From Candidatus Bathyarchaeia archaeon (lineage in GTDB: Archaea > Thermoproteota > Bathyarchaeia > Bathyarchaeales > Bathycorpusculaceae), in assembly GCA_050010755.1 (NCBI GenBank), contig JBEKKK010000004.1, positions 108,498 to 172,497 on the forward strand: a DNA stretch of 64,000 nt, in the 5' to 3' direction. The position numbers and the translations under genes are program-made. Below, piece after piece: positions 20,008-29,613 of the stretch. The notes beneath the pieces were generated by a model. The model searched no databases. It was not told where the DNA came from and saw only the letters and a list, made by a program, of their open reading frames with translations. Numbering within the stretch: the first letter of the stretch is position 1; each line of letters begins with the position of its first letter.

Positions 20008-20223
20008 GTGGGTGAAAGATTAAAAATTTTCGTCTTCGTGGCGATCTTGGGATTCTTCGGTGGAATGATTGCAGACTTAGCAGGAACTTACGCGGTTCCA
20101 TGGCTCGCAACTGTCTTGCCAGCGGTTCTCAGCGCACAATACCTGTTGGCGGGACTTGCCGGAGCTTGTCTAACACTGGTGCTAGTAAGCGTTTGGGCCT
20201 ACATTACACCGCAAGAACATTAG
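20008..20223 (+). CDS. Small two-TM membrane protein divergent from the cdv operon
   Basis: Two hydrophobic segments with small-residue motifs; GGTGA SD-like element before the GTG. Confidence 0.7.
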   Translation: MGERLKIFVFVAILGFFGGMIADLAGTYAVPWLATVLPAVLSAQYLLAGLAGACLTLVLVSVWAYITPQEH

Positions 20224-20653
20224 CCTCTTCTCCTTCTCCTTTTTCTTTGTTCGCCCAGCAAAGTTTGGTGCTATAACTCTTCTCCTAGAATAAGGCCTCG
20301 GCTAACAGCAACTCTTATGGCTTTTTTTGGACTCAGCAGCGGAAAAAGCGATCATTCGCCAACAGCGTCTCCGTACCTCGATGACCTCATCGTCCAAGCA
20401 ATGTTACTCGAGAGACGATTTCAAGGTTTTGGTCCATTGGCTGTAGCTTTCAAAACCCGCGTTAAACATGTTCAAACAATACGTCTTTTTGGCGGGCTAT
20501 CGATCCTTCAAGAATGCCCAGACCAGTAATGCATTTTGAGATGGCATTGTTGATAAGTCACGCGATTCCAGGTACTATAGAGAACAACTCCATAAAGCAT
20601 TAATCTTGGCATGAGAAGAGAGAAGATGGGTAGTTAAGAGGAGAGAAGGCAGA

Positions 20654-23344
20654 ATGAACGAGAAGAGAGTTTTGTCGATATCTTTGTTCTTCGTGCTGGT
20701 CGCAGGTTTGTTCCTCGCTGCCAGTCTTTTTGGTTCGGGGCAGGCCAAAGCGTCCCCGCTGGTAGAAATAACATTCAATCAAACAGGCGTGAAATCAGAT
20801 TTTACAGGCATCATTCTGACAGTTGATGGCAACAACTACAATTGGTCACACCTTCCTGTCTCATTCTGGTGGTGCCCTGGCTCAACCCACTATTTTGCCT
20901 ATCAATCGCCCTTGGTGGTCAGGCCGAATGCCAAACGATATCTTTGGACCTGTACAAATGGGCTGTCAACGCATCAGAACGGTTCGATAACGGTTTGTAC
21001 CTCAGGAAACGTGACAGGCAACTACAAAACTCAATACTACCTCACAGTCACTTCTGCTCACGATTCCCCGACTCCGACGAGCGGCTGGTTTGACTGTGGG
21101 TCCAAGATTAAAGCTCTCGTCACATCTCCGGTGTCCGGCGGCTCAGGCACTCAGTACGTCTGCACGGGTTGGACAGGCACGGGAAGCGTCCCTGGTTCAG
21201 GTTCGACGACCACCGTCACATTCACGATTGTCGCGCCATCAAGCATCACTTGGAACTGGAAGACCCAGTACCAAGTAAACTTCAGCCAAACAGGCGTCGG
21301 CATAGACTTCACAGGAACGGTTTTCACCGTCGATGGCACCAACTACACAAGAAGTGATTCGCCAGTGTTCTGGTGGGACAGCGGCTCAACCCACACTTTC
21401 ATGTTCCAGTCACCATTGGTTGTTCCTCCTGGTGTCGAGCAGGACGTTTGGACAGGCACAATTGGCTTGTCTTCGATGCAGGGTGGGTCCATAATTGTAA
21501 CATCTAGCGGAAGTATCGTGGGAAACTATGAGACTCAGGACTACTTGACCCTGGATTCGAATCCATCGGGCGTTGGCAATCAGACGGGCGGAGGATGGTA
21601 TGGTACAGGCAGTTCAGCTCTGATATCGACTGACCAGCAAGTAATCATCATATCCGGCGAGTCACAGTACAAATTTACCGGCTGGACGACCAACAACATG
21701 GCCGAGATAACTGACCCGACGTCAGCGTCAACAACGGTTTTGGTGGACGAACCGAAAACGGTCACCGCAAATTATGCAATACAGTATGCAGTCACCTTCG
21801 GCCAAACAGGCGTGGGCGCAGACTTCACGGGAACGGTTTTCACCGTTGATGGCGCCAACCACATATTCAGTGACTCGCCAACATTCTGGTGGGACAACGG
21901 CTCATCGCACACCTTCGCATTCGACTCGCCACTCGTGGTCGCTGCCAATTCTGAACAGTACCTCTGGACAAACACTAGCGGCTTATCGACGCTTCAAAAT
22001 GGCTCGTTAACGGTTGCCAGCTCAGGAAACGTGACGGGCAACTACAAGACCCAATATTATCTCACGGTAGCCTCGCTATATGATTCTCCAAGTCCGACGA
22101 GCGGCTGGTTTGACGCTGGATCGAACATCAACGCCGACGTCACGTCCCCGGTATCCGGCGGCCCGGGCACCCAATACGTCTGCACGGGTTGGACAGGCAC
22201 GGGAAGCGTGCCAGGTTCCGGTTCGACGACCACCGTCACATTCACGATTGTCGCGCCGTCGAACATCACTTGGAACTGGAAGATCCAATACCAAGTAAAT
22301 TTCAGCCAGACAGGCGTAGGCACAGACTTCACTGGGAATGTGGTTAATGTTGACGGCGTGAACTACACTTTGAGCAGTCTTCCGGTTTCTTTCTGGTGGG
22401 ATCAAGGTTCCAGTCACAGTTTCGTGTTTGGCTCGCCGTTGGAGGTGAATGCCAGCGAACAGTATGTTTGGAATTCGACATCTGGTTTGTCGACGCTCCA
22501 AAGCGGTAGTCTGACCGTGACGGCTTCTGGAAACGTTGATGGAAACTATATGGTTCAGTATCAAGTTACCTTTGACCAGGTGGGGGTAGGTTCTGATTTT
22601 GTGGGCAGCGTGGTGTTGATCGACGGCGTCAATTATTCGAGGACGCAGTTGCCAGCGCCATTTTGGTACGACGGCGGTTCAACCCACAGTTTTGCATTTC
22701 AGACACCGCTTGTCGGCGGCACTGCGACGTACGATTGGAATTCGACAACGGGCTTGTCAACGTTGCAGTCGGCGTCGATTAATGTGGCTGGCCCTGGAAA
22801 CGTGACAGGGTTCTACGCAACCAGTCTGCAAGGTGTTGTCGTGACAAACACGACTGCGCCGAGTTGGACCTATCAGGATATACTCGTGATTCCGCATGAT
22901 TGCGTTAACATCAGCGTTTCGGTGCAGAACACGGGAGCCTCCGCGGAGGAGGTTTGGGTCACACTCTTTTATGATATAGCGGCCAACAAGACTGTAGGCG
23001 CGTACCCTGTGCTGCTGGAGAGTGGCGAAAACTATACGCTTATCTTCGTTTGGAACACTGCATGGGTACCGTGCGGCAACTATACGCTGACGGCAGTGGT
23101 TGCGACGCCCACGAGCTCGAACACTTTTACAGTCGGCAACATTGTCGTCAGAATTGTGGGAGACGTGAACAGCGATGGTAGAGTCGACGTGAAAGACATC
23201 GCGCTCGTGGCCCGCGCCTTCGGCTCCAAACCTGGCAGCATAAACTGGAACCCGGCAGCGGATGTTAACGGCGACGGCGTGGTCAACATGAAAGACATAG
23301 CCCTAATAGCTAGGTACTTCGGCAGGCAGACGAAGGCGTACTAG
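20654..23344 (+). CDS. Secreted repeat protein (Ig-like beta repeats, CARDB-like domain) with C-terminal dockerin
   Basis: Signal peptide; repeated 'FxQTGVGxDFTG...FWWD' and 'SPTSGWFD...CTGWTGTGS' units; GDVNSDGRVDVKD...ADVNGDGVVNMKD dockerin. Confidence 0.85.
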   Translation: MNEKRVLSISLFFVLVAGLFLAASLFGSGQAKASPLVEITFNQTGVKSDFTGIILTVDGNNYNWSHLPVSFWWCPGSTHYFAYQSPLVVRPNAKRYLWTCTNGLSTHQNGSITVCTSGNVTGNYKTQYYLTVTSAHDSPTPTSGWFDCGSKIKALVTSPVSGGSGTQYVCTGWTGTGSVPGSGSTTTVTFTIVAPSSITWNWKTQYQVNFSQTGVGIDFTGTVFTVDGTNYTRSDSPVFWWDSGSTHTFMFQSPLVVPPGVEQDVWTGTIGLSSMQGGSIIVTSSGSIVGNYETQDYLTLDSNPSGVGNQTGGGWYGTGSSALISTDQQVIIISGESQYKFTGWTTNNMAEITDPTSASTTVLVDEPKTVTANYAIQYAVTFGQTGVGADFTGTVFTVDGANHIFSDSPTFWWDNGSSHTFAFDSPLVVAANSEQYLWTNTSGLSTLQNGSLTVASSGNVTGNYKTQYYLTVASLYDSPSPTSGWFDAGSNINADVTSPVSGGPGTQYVCTGWTGTGSVPGSGSTTTVTFTIVAPSNITWNWKIQYQVNFSQTGVGTDFTGNVVNVDGVNYTLSSLPVSFWWDQGSSHSFVFGSPLEVNASEQYVWNSTSGLSTLQSGSLTVTASGNVDGNYMVQYQVTFDQVGVGSDFVGSVVLIDGVNYSRTQLPAPFWYDGGSTHSFAFQTPLVGGTATYDWNSTTGLSTLQSASINVAGPGNVTGFYATSLQGVVVTNTTAPSWTYQDILVIPHDCVNISVSVQNTGASAEEVWVTLFYDIAANKTVGAYPVLLESGENYTLIFVWNTAWVPCGNYTLTAVVATPTSSNTFTVGNIVVRIVGDVNSDGRVDVKDIALVARAFGSKPGSINWNPAADVNGDGVVNMKDIALIARYFGRQTKAY
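21001..22320 (+). repeat. Intragenic duplication with 1020-nt offset
   Basis: About 21001-21300 closely matches about 22021-22320 at nucleotide level. Confidence 0.85.
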
Positions 23345-23450
23345 AGCGTATGGACCCTTTCCATGATTCTAACTGCAATATTTAGCGTGTGAATTAAAAA
23401 ATCATATAAGCTTTGACTTCTGAATAGCTAGTTGACTAGTTTAGTGGATT

Positions 23451-24383
23451 GTGAGAAAATTGAAAGGAAAGGTTATAACTGTTGCGATCTTGTGTGCCTT
23501 GGTTCTTGTTCTGGCCGCGAACACGTTTCCTGCTCGTGCTGCCATTACAAACTGGAATTGGATCGGCGCGATAACAAAGGGAGGTATTGATGATTTCTAT
23601 GGAGAGCCCATAATCGCGTACGAAGAGAACACTACAGCCGTGTTCGTCATAAGTGTTTACAACGATTATGCATTTGCTGATCAGATTAATGTGTCCGCTG
23701 TAAAGGTGGATTTTGATTGGGGGCAGAATTACACGTCGGCTGAATGCAATCTTACGAACCCGTTTGTTATACCTCAGGGTCAATCGCACCTTTTCACGAT
23801 AACTTTTACTGTTCCTTCTGTTTTGGTTGCAAGCAACTACGTACTGCACGGTTACACTGCTTACGTTGAGCAGGTGAACAGTACCAGTGCGCCTCAACAA
23901 TTGGTGCTTCCAACTTGGACACAGAGCGGAACCGGTTTTGCAGTATTTTCGTCAGATCAGGCAGACGCCTTCACGTACCGAGAGCAGATTAATGCTTACC
24001 CATCTACGACGACGATAGGCGGTTTGCCTTTCTTGACTGCTCAAGCAAGAGAATTGATTGTGCAGTCAAGTGCCGCTAAGACTTTAGCAGACAACTATTA
24101 CATTCAAGGAGACTTCAGCGATGCCAAGCAATACTATGGAAAATCGCTCAATTACCTTCAGGACGCATTCTCAAACGAAACACAACAGTGGACTTCGATT
24201 GAGAATTCATTGACCAACCTGATTAACGACGGCGGCAACCTGCTCATGTTCCAAGGATATGCTTGGCTCCTGTTCGGATTCGGTTTTCTATTGATGGGCA
24301 TCGGAGTTCTCATTTACCTCGCAAGAAAAAGAGTGCAGTTCAGAACCGAAATGCCGGCACCGACAACCAACCAAAAACCATGA
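23451..24383 (+). CDS. Secreted protein with Ig-like N-terminal domain, helical region and C-terminal TM anchor
   Basis: Signal peptide, many NxS/T sequons, C-terminal TM followed by RKR. Confidence 0.75.
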   Translation: MRKLKGKVITVAILCALVLVLAANTFPARAAITNWNWIGAITKGGIDDFYGEPIIAYEENTTAVFVISVYNDYAFADQINVSAVKVDFDWGQNYTSAECNLTNPFVIPQGQSHLFTITFTVPSVLVASNYVLHGYTAYVEQVNSTSAPQQLVLPTWTQSGTGFAVFSSDQADAFTYREQINAYPSTTTIGGLPFLTAQARELIVQSSAAKTLADNYYIQGDFSDAKQYYGKSLNYLQDAFSNETQQWTSIENSLTNLINDGGNLLMFQGYAWLLFGFGFLLMGIGVLIYLARKRVQFRTEMPAPTTNQKP

Positions 24384-24484
24384 TCCCCCATTTTTCTTTT
24401 ACAAACCTAGCGCGCGCGAACTTCATTTTTGATTAATTTCGCAACAAGCACGCGTACTGCTTTGGACCGGCTAAGGGCTTTTTC

Positions 24485-25069
24485 TCAAAACAGTTTCGTG
24501 CCGCTGATGGTCTCAACCAAGAAGAGAGCGCCAAACAGAATGAATATTAAAGCTGCACCTATCTTGATGTAACGTTCGGATATGTACCGAGAGACGATCG
24601 AGCCTAGAAGCGACTCGAGACATGTAAGCAAGGTCAGGGCGAGCATTACTCCCAAGAAAACCTGGAGAGGGGCGGCATATTCTGCGGATAAAGCTATTAT
24701 CGCGAGCTGTGTCTTGTCGCCGAACTCTAGGGCGGCTATCATCAGGAACGACGTTGTTACGACTTTTGAGTGCTCTTTGACCTGTACAATACTCCGTTTC
24801 TTGGGGAGCAGTGTATAGATTCCGAAAATGATGAATGCGATGCCTGCCACCAGACTGATCCAAAATGCTGGAACGAAAGGAGCTATTGCTCCGCCTATCA
24901 ATGCACAGACTCCGTCAATCAAGGCGAATGCCAACATGGCACCCAAGAAGACTGATCTCGGTCTGTGTTTGGCACTCAGGCTAATAATTGCAACCTGTGT
25001 CTTGTCGCCGAATTCGGCTAGCGCAACAATCGCGAACGAAGACAGCAGAGGAAGCAAATCTAATGGCAA
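24485..25069 (-). CDS. TMEM165/GDT1 (UPF0016) Mn2+/Ca2+ transporter
   Basis: Two EFGDKTQ motifs. Confidence 0.93.
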   Translation of the reverse strand: MPLDLLPLLSSFAIVALAEFGDKTQVAIISLSAKHRPRSVFLGAMLAFALIDGVCALIGGAIAPFVPAFWISLVAGIAFIIFGIYTLLPKKRSIVQVKEHSKVVTTSFLMIAALEFGDKTQLAIIALSAEYAAPLQVFLGVMLALTLLTCLESLLGSIVSRYISERYIKIGAALIFILFGALFLVETISGTKLF

Positions 25070-25319
25070 AGATATAGCTCCGTTAACTCTGTTAATGTCT
25101 TGGTATCCTTACGGGTTCAAACGATATTTAAATGAGATGCGCCAAGAAACCCTTAGATTAACCAAAGCTGTGCTCTGTCTGCGTTCAGAAGAGCATGCTA
25201 ATCACGCTAAAGGTTTAAAATACTCTGTAGGTAAGCATGTTTAGGTAGGACTTGACTAGGCTGAGGTTCGACTGGCTGAAAAGGGCTTGAGAATTGGAAA
25301 ATGGAGTGGAAAAGAAAAA

Positions 25320-26105
25320 ATGTGCGGTATATTTGGGTTTTATCTGAAGAAGACCTTGCCGCTGGCCAGAGTCTTCAGAATTCTGGAGAAGCTAGAAGTT
25401 CATCAGTATCCTGAGGAACGGCTTCCGCTCGGAGGCTACGGGGCGGGTGTGGCTTTGCTTCTGGAGGACGGTAATATTCTGGTTGAAAAGGTCGGAAAGG
25501 TTGATGGCTCTCCTGCAAGAAAGTTGCCAGAAATGGTGAAAGTTGCCAGAGCTTCTGTGTTGATTGGTCATGTGCGGATGCCCAGTCCAGAGTTTATTAA
25601 AACTGCGGAGCACAAGGAAACTGCACAACCATATGTTGTTGAAAGGGAGCCGAACTTGACCGTTGCCTCAGTGCACAACGGAAAGATTGAGAATTACAAA
25701 GAGATTAGAAAGGCGTTGGGCGGCGCGCACGTTTTTGAATCTGAAAGGTTTGAACTGGTGGACTCGGAGGTGATTCCTCACTTTTTCGAGGAGACCTTGA
25801 GCGAGAAAGAAGAGACCACGGAAGCCTTGTACTCCTTCTTCTGCGCTCTGGAGGGTTCAGGGGCGATAGCAATGCTGCAGTTGGGCGAAGAAGACTCGTT
25901 CCTTCATTTACTTCACAAGGGAAAGACGAGAGGATTGACCGTGTGGACGAACGACAAGAACGAGATCGTCTTCTGCACCAGAAAAGAGGTTTTAAGGAAA
26001 GAGCTCGGCAACGTGCTTTCAAGAGGCAAGTTCAAAGAGAAAGCTTCAATCGGATATAGAGAAGAAGCGGGACTCGTACTTTCGTATCCGCTCTCTTTGA
26101 CGTGA
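25320..26105 (+). CDS. Class II (Ntn) glutamine amidotransferase-domain protein
   Basis: MCGIFG N-terminus, GHVR, HNG and DSEV motifs. Confidence 0.85.
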   Translation: MCGIFGFYLKKTLPLARVFRILEKLEVHQYPEERLPLGGYGAGVALLLEDGNILVEKVGKVDGSPARKLPEMVKVARASVLIGHVRMPSPEFIKTAEHKETAQPYVVEREPNLTVASVHNGKIENYKEIRKALGGAHVFESERFELVDSEVIPHFFEETLSEKEETTEALYSFFCALEGSGAIAMLQLGEEDSFLHLLHKGKTRGLTVWTNDKNEIVFCTRKEVLRKELGNVLSRGKFKEKASIGYREEAGLVLSYPLSLT

Positions 26106-26145
26106 AGAAAAAGGCCTGGCAAAATGCGTTCGTGGTCTGCGAGAT

Positions 26146-29055
26146 ATGCGTGAAGAATCTTCGGATTTCGGGGTTTTCAGTTTATTCGCAAAACCTGTGC
26201 GCTCCGCGGTGGCGGAATTGGGCTTTTCAGAACCCACCTTGCCTCAGAAGATGGCTGCTTCGCCCATTCTAGCCGGGGAGAATGTGCTTCTGCTTGCACC
26301 AACTGGGAGTGGAAAAACCGAGGCGGTTCTTCTTCCCATCTTTTCCAAGCTTGTTCAGCAGACGCCGAGAAAGGGGATATCCGTAATCTATGTAACGCCT
26401 CTAAGGGCGTTGAATCGAGACCTTTTGAAGCGTTTATCGTTCTGGTCTGCCAAGCTCAGCATTTCAATCGAGGTCAGGCATGGAGACACCGAGTTGAAGC
26501 TCAGGAGGAGGCAGGCTATCTTTCCTCCGGACATGCTCGTCACGACTCCTGAGACTCTTCAAGCGATTCTTCCAGGCTCGCGCATGAGACAACACTTGCG
26601 AGGCGTGCAATACGTCGTGGTGGACGAGGTGCACGAACTCGCTTCCAGCAAACGTGGCGTTCAGCTTGCGGTCGCGCTGGAGAGGCTGCGCCAAGTTGCC
26701 AATAAAGAGTTTCAGAGGATCGGCTTGTCAGCCACGGTGGGGAATCCGGACGAAGTCGCACAGTTTCTCGCCGGAACGGAGAGAAGCGTCAGAATAGTGG
26801 AAGCCGTATTGGCAAAGAGCTACCGCTATCACGTCGAGAACCCGGTTCCCGTTGAGGCTGATTATGACTTGGCAAGGACGCTCAACACGTCGCCCGAAGC
26901 GGCTGCGAGGATTAGACGTATTAGGGAGCTCGTCGACAGCCACGAGTCAACCCTGATTTTTGTCAACAGCAGAACCATTGCCGAGATGCTGGGTTTCAAG
27001 TTCAATCAGCTCGGGCGAAAAGACATTGCCGTGCATCACGGTTCCCTGTCGAGGGAGGAACGCTCACAGATTGAAGATCAATTTAAAACCGGCATTCTGA
27101 AGGCAATTGTTTGCACGAGCACTCTGGAGCTGGGAATCGACATAGGCCAGGTTGACCTTGTCATACAGTATCTCTCGCCGAGGCAAGTTAGCAGCTTAAT
27201 TCAGAGAGTGGGACGCAGTGGCCATCGTTTAGACATGTTATCCGAAGGTGTCATCATCACGGCTTATCCAGATGACACTCTCGAATCTGTCGCGGCGATC
27301 AGAAATGCCCAGGCGGGCAGGCTTGAACCTGTTCTCATACAAGAAAACGCTTTGGATGTCCTTGCACATCAGATCGTTGGAGTTTTGATGGACAGGGCAG
27401 AACTGAGCTTGAAAGAGTTTCTGGCTCTGATGCGGCAATCCTACCCGTACCGAAAGCTCACGAAGAACGCCCTGTGGGACGTAATATGCTTTTTAGAACG
27501 CCTGGGAGAAGTAAGGATAGACCAGGAAGGCAAGGGTTTGAGGAAGGGAAGAAACAGCCGAAGATACTACTACGAGAACCTGTCAATGATTCCTGACGAA
27601 AAGCGCTACCCGATTGTCAACGTGATTTCTGATAGGAAAATCGGCAGCTTGGGCGACGAGTTTATGGCTTTGAAAGCTCGCGTGGGCTTGAACTTCATCG
27701 TTAAGGGTCAAGTCTGGCGAATAGTCCAGATTGAAGAGGAAACTGGAACGGTCTATGTCGTTCCTTCGGAAGATCCGCTGGCCGCCGTTCCAGGATGGGA
27801 CGGTGAGATGCTGCCCGTTCCGTTCGACCTTGCCAGGGAGACTGGACAGCTCCGAGAAAACATTGCGAGAGCGCTGAAAGAAACTGGAAAAGCTGAGGCC
27901 GCGGCAGAGGAGCTCGCGGAAAAGTTTGTAACGGACAAGTCTGCGCTGTTGAGCACCGTCCAAGAGGTTGAAGAGCACCTCAAGCAGGGGGCGCCGTTAC
28001 CGACTGACAGGCACATCGTTGTTGAAGGCTTTGACAAGTTTCTGATTGTTCACGCGTGTTTTGGCGAGATGGTGAATCGCACGCTGGGAAGCATATTCGA
28101 CTCCGTTCTTTCTGAAAGAGAAGTCATCGTGGGATGGTGGAACGATGGTTACCACATATTAATTGAGACGCCGAGGAAATTGACGCGGCAAGAAGTTGAG
28201 AACACGAGTGCATGCCTGTTCAACCTCACGAGCAAAGAGGCAGATCAGGCTTTTCAAGCGTATTTGGATTCGAAGTTTCCGTTTTCGTACAAGATGAAGT
28301 TCGTCGCTGAGCGGTTCGGAGCTCTCCCACGTGGGAAGACGATGAGCTACGAAAGGATGAGTCAACTGCGCCAAAGATTCATGAACACGCCCATCCTCGA
28401 TGAAACGCTGCGCGAAGCCATGATTGAGAAAGTGGACATAAGAAAGGCCAAAGAGATCATGCGCGACGTGCGAAACGGAAAAATCAAGGTCAGCACAGTC
28501 TTCAGCCAAGAAAAGCCCACACCGCTGGCATATCACATGCTTGCCAAGTTTTCCGACATGTCGGAACTGATGGCCCCCGAAACACTGCTGATAACCAACA
28601 TAGACAAAATGAAAATGGCGATTGGAGCCAGAAAAGCCTCTTTATTGTGCATGTCTTGCGGCCAATGGGCCGAGGAAAACAAAATCAGAGATCTCGGAGA
28701 ACAGCCCGTGTGTCGAAAATGCGGTTCCAAACTCTTGGCACCCTTATATCCGAGTCAAGACGCGGAACACGTGTACGAAGTGTTGAAGAGAAGACGCGAG
28801 GGCAAAGAAGTGTCCGAGGAAGAACTCAAAGAACTGACTCTGGCGAGACGCACGGCGGACTTGGTGCTGAGCTACGGAAAAAAAGCGGTAATGGCATTAG
28901 AAGTGAAAGGAGTAGGTCCTGAAACAGCCTCAAGAATTCTTGGAAAAATGCACCCCAAAGACGACGATTTCTTCATGGACCTCCTGAAAGCGAAAATCCT
29001 CTACCTCAGAACAAGAGAATTCTGGAAGGGCAGAGAAGAACGAAGAACAGGCTAG
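26146..29055 (+). CDS. lhr: Lhr-family SF2 helicase with Cys-rich C-terminus
   Basis: APTGSGKT, DEVH, SAT, HHGSLS, QRVGRSGH and LDVLAHQI motifs; C-terminal CxxC...CxxC. Confidence 0.9.
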   Translation: MREESSDFGVFSLFAKPVRSAVAELGFSEPTLPQKMAASPILAGENVLLLAPTGSGKTEAVLLPIFSKLVQQTPRKGISVIYVTPLRALNRDLLKRLSFWSAKLSISIEVRHGDTELKLRRRQAIFPPDMLVTTPETLQAILPGSRMRQHLRGVQYVVVDEVHELASSKRGVQLAVALERLRQVANKEFQRIGLSATVGNPDEVAQFLAGTERSVRIVEAVLAKSYRYHVENPVPVEADYDLARTLNTSPEAAARIRRIRELVDSHESTLIFVNSRTIAEMLGFKFNQLGRKDIAVHHGSLSREERSQIEDQFKTGILKAIVCTSTLELGIDIGQVDLVIQYLSPRQVSSLIQRVGRSGHRLDMLSEGVIITAYPDDTLESVAAIRNAQAGRLEPVLIQENALDVLAHQIVGVLMDRAELSLKEFLALMRQSYPYRKLTKNALWDVICFLERLGEVRIDQEGKGLRKGRNSRRYYYENLSMIPDEKRYPIVNVISDRKIGSLGDEFMALKARVGLNFIVKGQVWRIVQIEEETGTVYVVPSEDPLAAVPGWDGEMLPVPFDLARETGQLRENIARALKETGKAEAAAEELAEKFVTDKSALLSTVQEVEEHLKQGAPLPTDRHIVVEGFDKFLIVHACFGEMVNRTLGSIFDSVLSEREVIVGWWNDGYHILIETPRKLTRQEVENTSACLFNLTSKEADQAFQAYLDSKFPFSYKMKFVAERFGALPRGKTMSYERMSQLRQRFMNTPILDETLREAMIEKVDIRKAKEIMRDVRNGKIKVSTVFSQEKPTPLAYHMLAKFSDMSELMAPETLLITNIDKMKMAIGARKASLLCMSCGQWAEENKIRDLGEQPVCRKCGSKLLAPLYPSQDAEHVYEVLKRRREGKEVSEEELKELTLARRTADLVLSYGKKAVMALEVKGVGPETASRILGKMHPKDDDFFMDLLKAKILYLRTREFWKGREERRTG

Positions 29056-29170
29056 ACCGACTCGAGCGGCTGCCTTTGAGATTATTTAGACCTGCGGGCA
29101 AGTGATTAACGACGTATAGAATAGTTCAAGCTCTTGTCGCGCGCAGCGAAAATAGACGTAGAAGTTATTG

Positions 29171-29203
29171 TGTGTGGGGGTGAAGTTTTATCCCACCCAC
29201 ACA
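29171..29203. other. Inverted repeat / hairpin
   Basis: TGTGTGGG...CCCACACA arms downstream of lhr. Confidence 0.45.
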
Positions 29204-29288
29204 AGCGTGTGCATGCCTAGTGTAAAACCGCAGTTACAAATGTTTATTAACCGCGCGGTGTTAACCTATCATTGGAAAAGAGATCGTT

Positions 29289-29468
29289 ATGGTTAGGAAT
29301 TTGAAAGTCATTAGCATTCAGACTGTCAATGGAGAAAAACATTATGTTGTTCGCAGTCTCAAAAGAAATGAAAATCCAGTCAACAGTGAAGATTTTGATG
29401 GGGCTGATATCAGAAGAACCATGAGAAAAGAAGCCTCTGAGCCGCTTCTTCTATTGCGCGCAGAATAA
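29289..29468 (+). CDS. Small hypothetical protein (59 aa), absent from the ORF track
   Basis: MVRNLKVISIQTVNGEKHYVVRSLKRNENPVNSEDFDGADIRRTMRKEASEPLLLLRAE; AT-rich element TTTATTAA about 45 nt upstream. Confidence 0.45.
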   Translation: MVRNLKVISIQTVNGEKHYVVRSLKRNENPVNSEDFDGADIRRTMRKEASEPLLLLRAE

Positions 29469-29613
29469 AACCATCACAGCCTAGTTCAGACAAAAATCTG
29501 AAGTTCTAGCGCTCGCTTTGCCGCCTCCGGTTAATATGTGGAGCTATGTATCGGCCAGCCGCTTAGAAGATGAGGGACGCCCAACTGAACGAAGTAGCCT
29601 GGATGGCTTGGGA

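Noticed and set aside
20317-20529. 70-aa ORF, and the many other short antisense or overlapping ORFs in the track
   Set aside because: No recognisable motifs; most are shadows of long genes on the opposite strand.
25070-25260. Mn-sensing yybP-ykoY riboswitch upstream of the GDT1 transporter
   Set aside because: No recognisable conserved riboswitch sequence or structure by eye.
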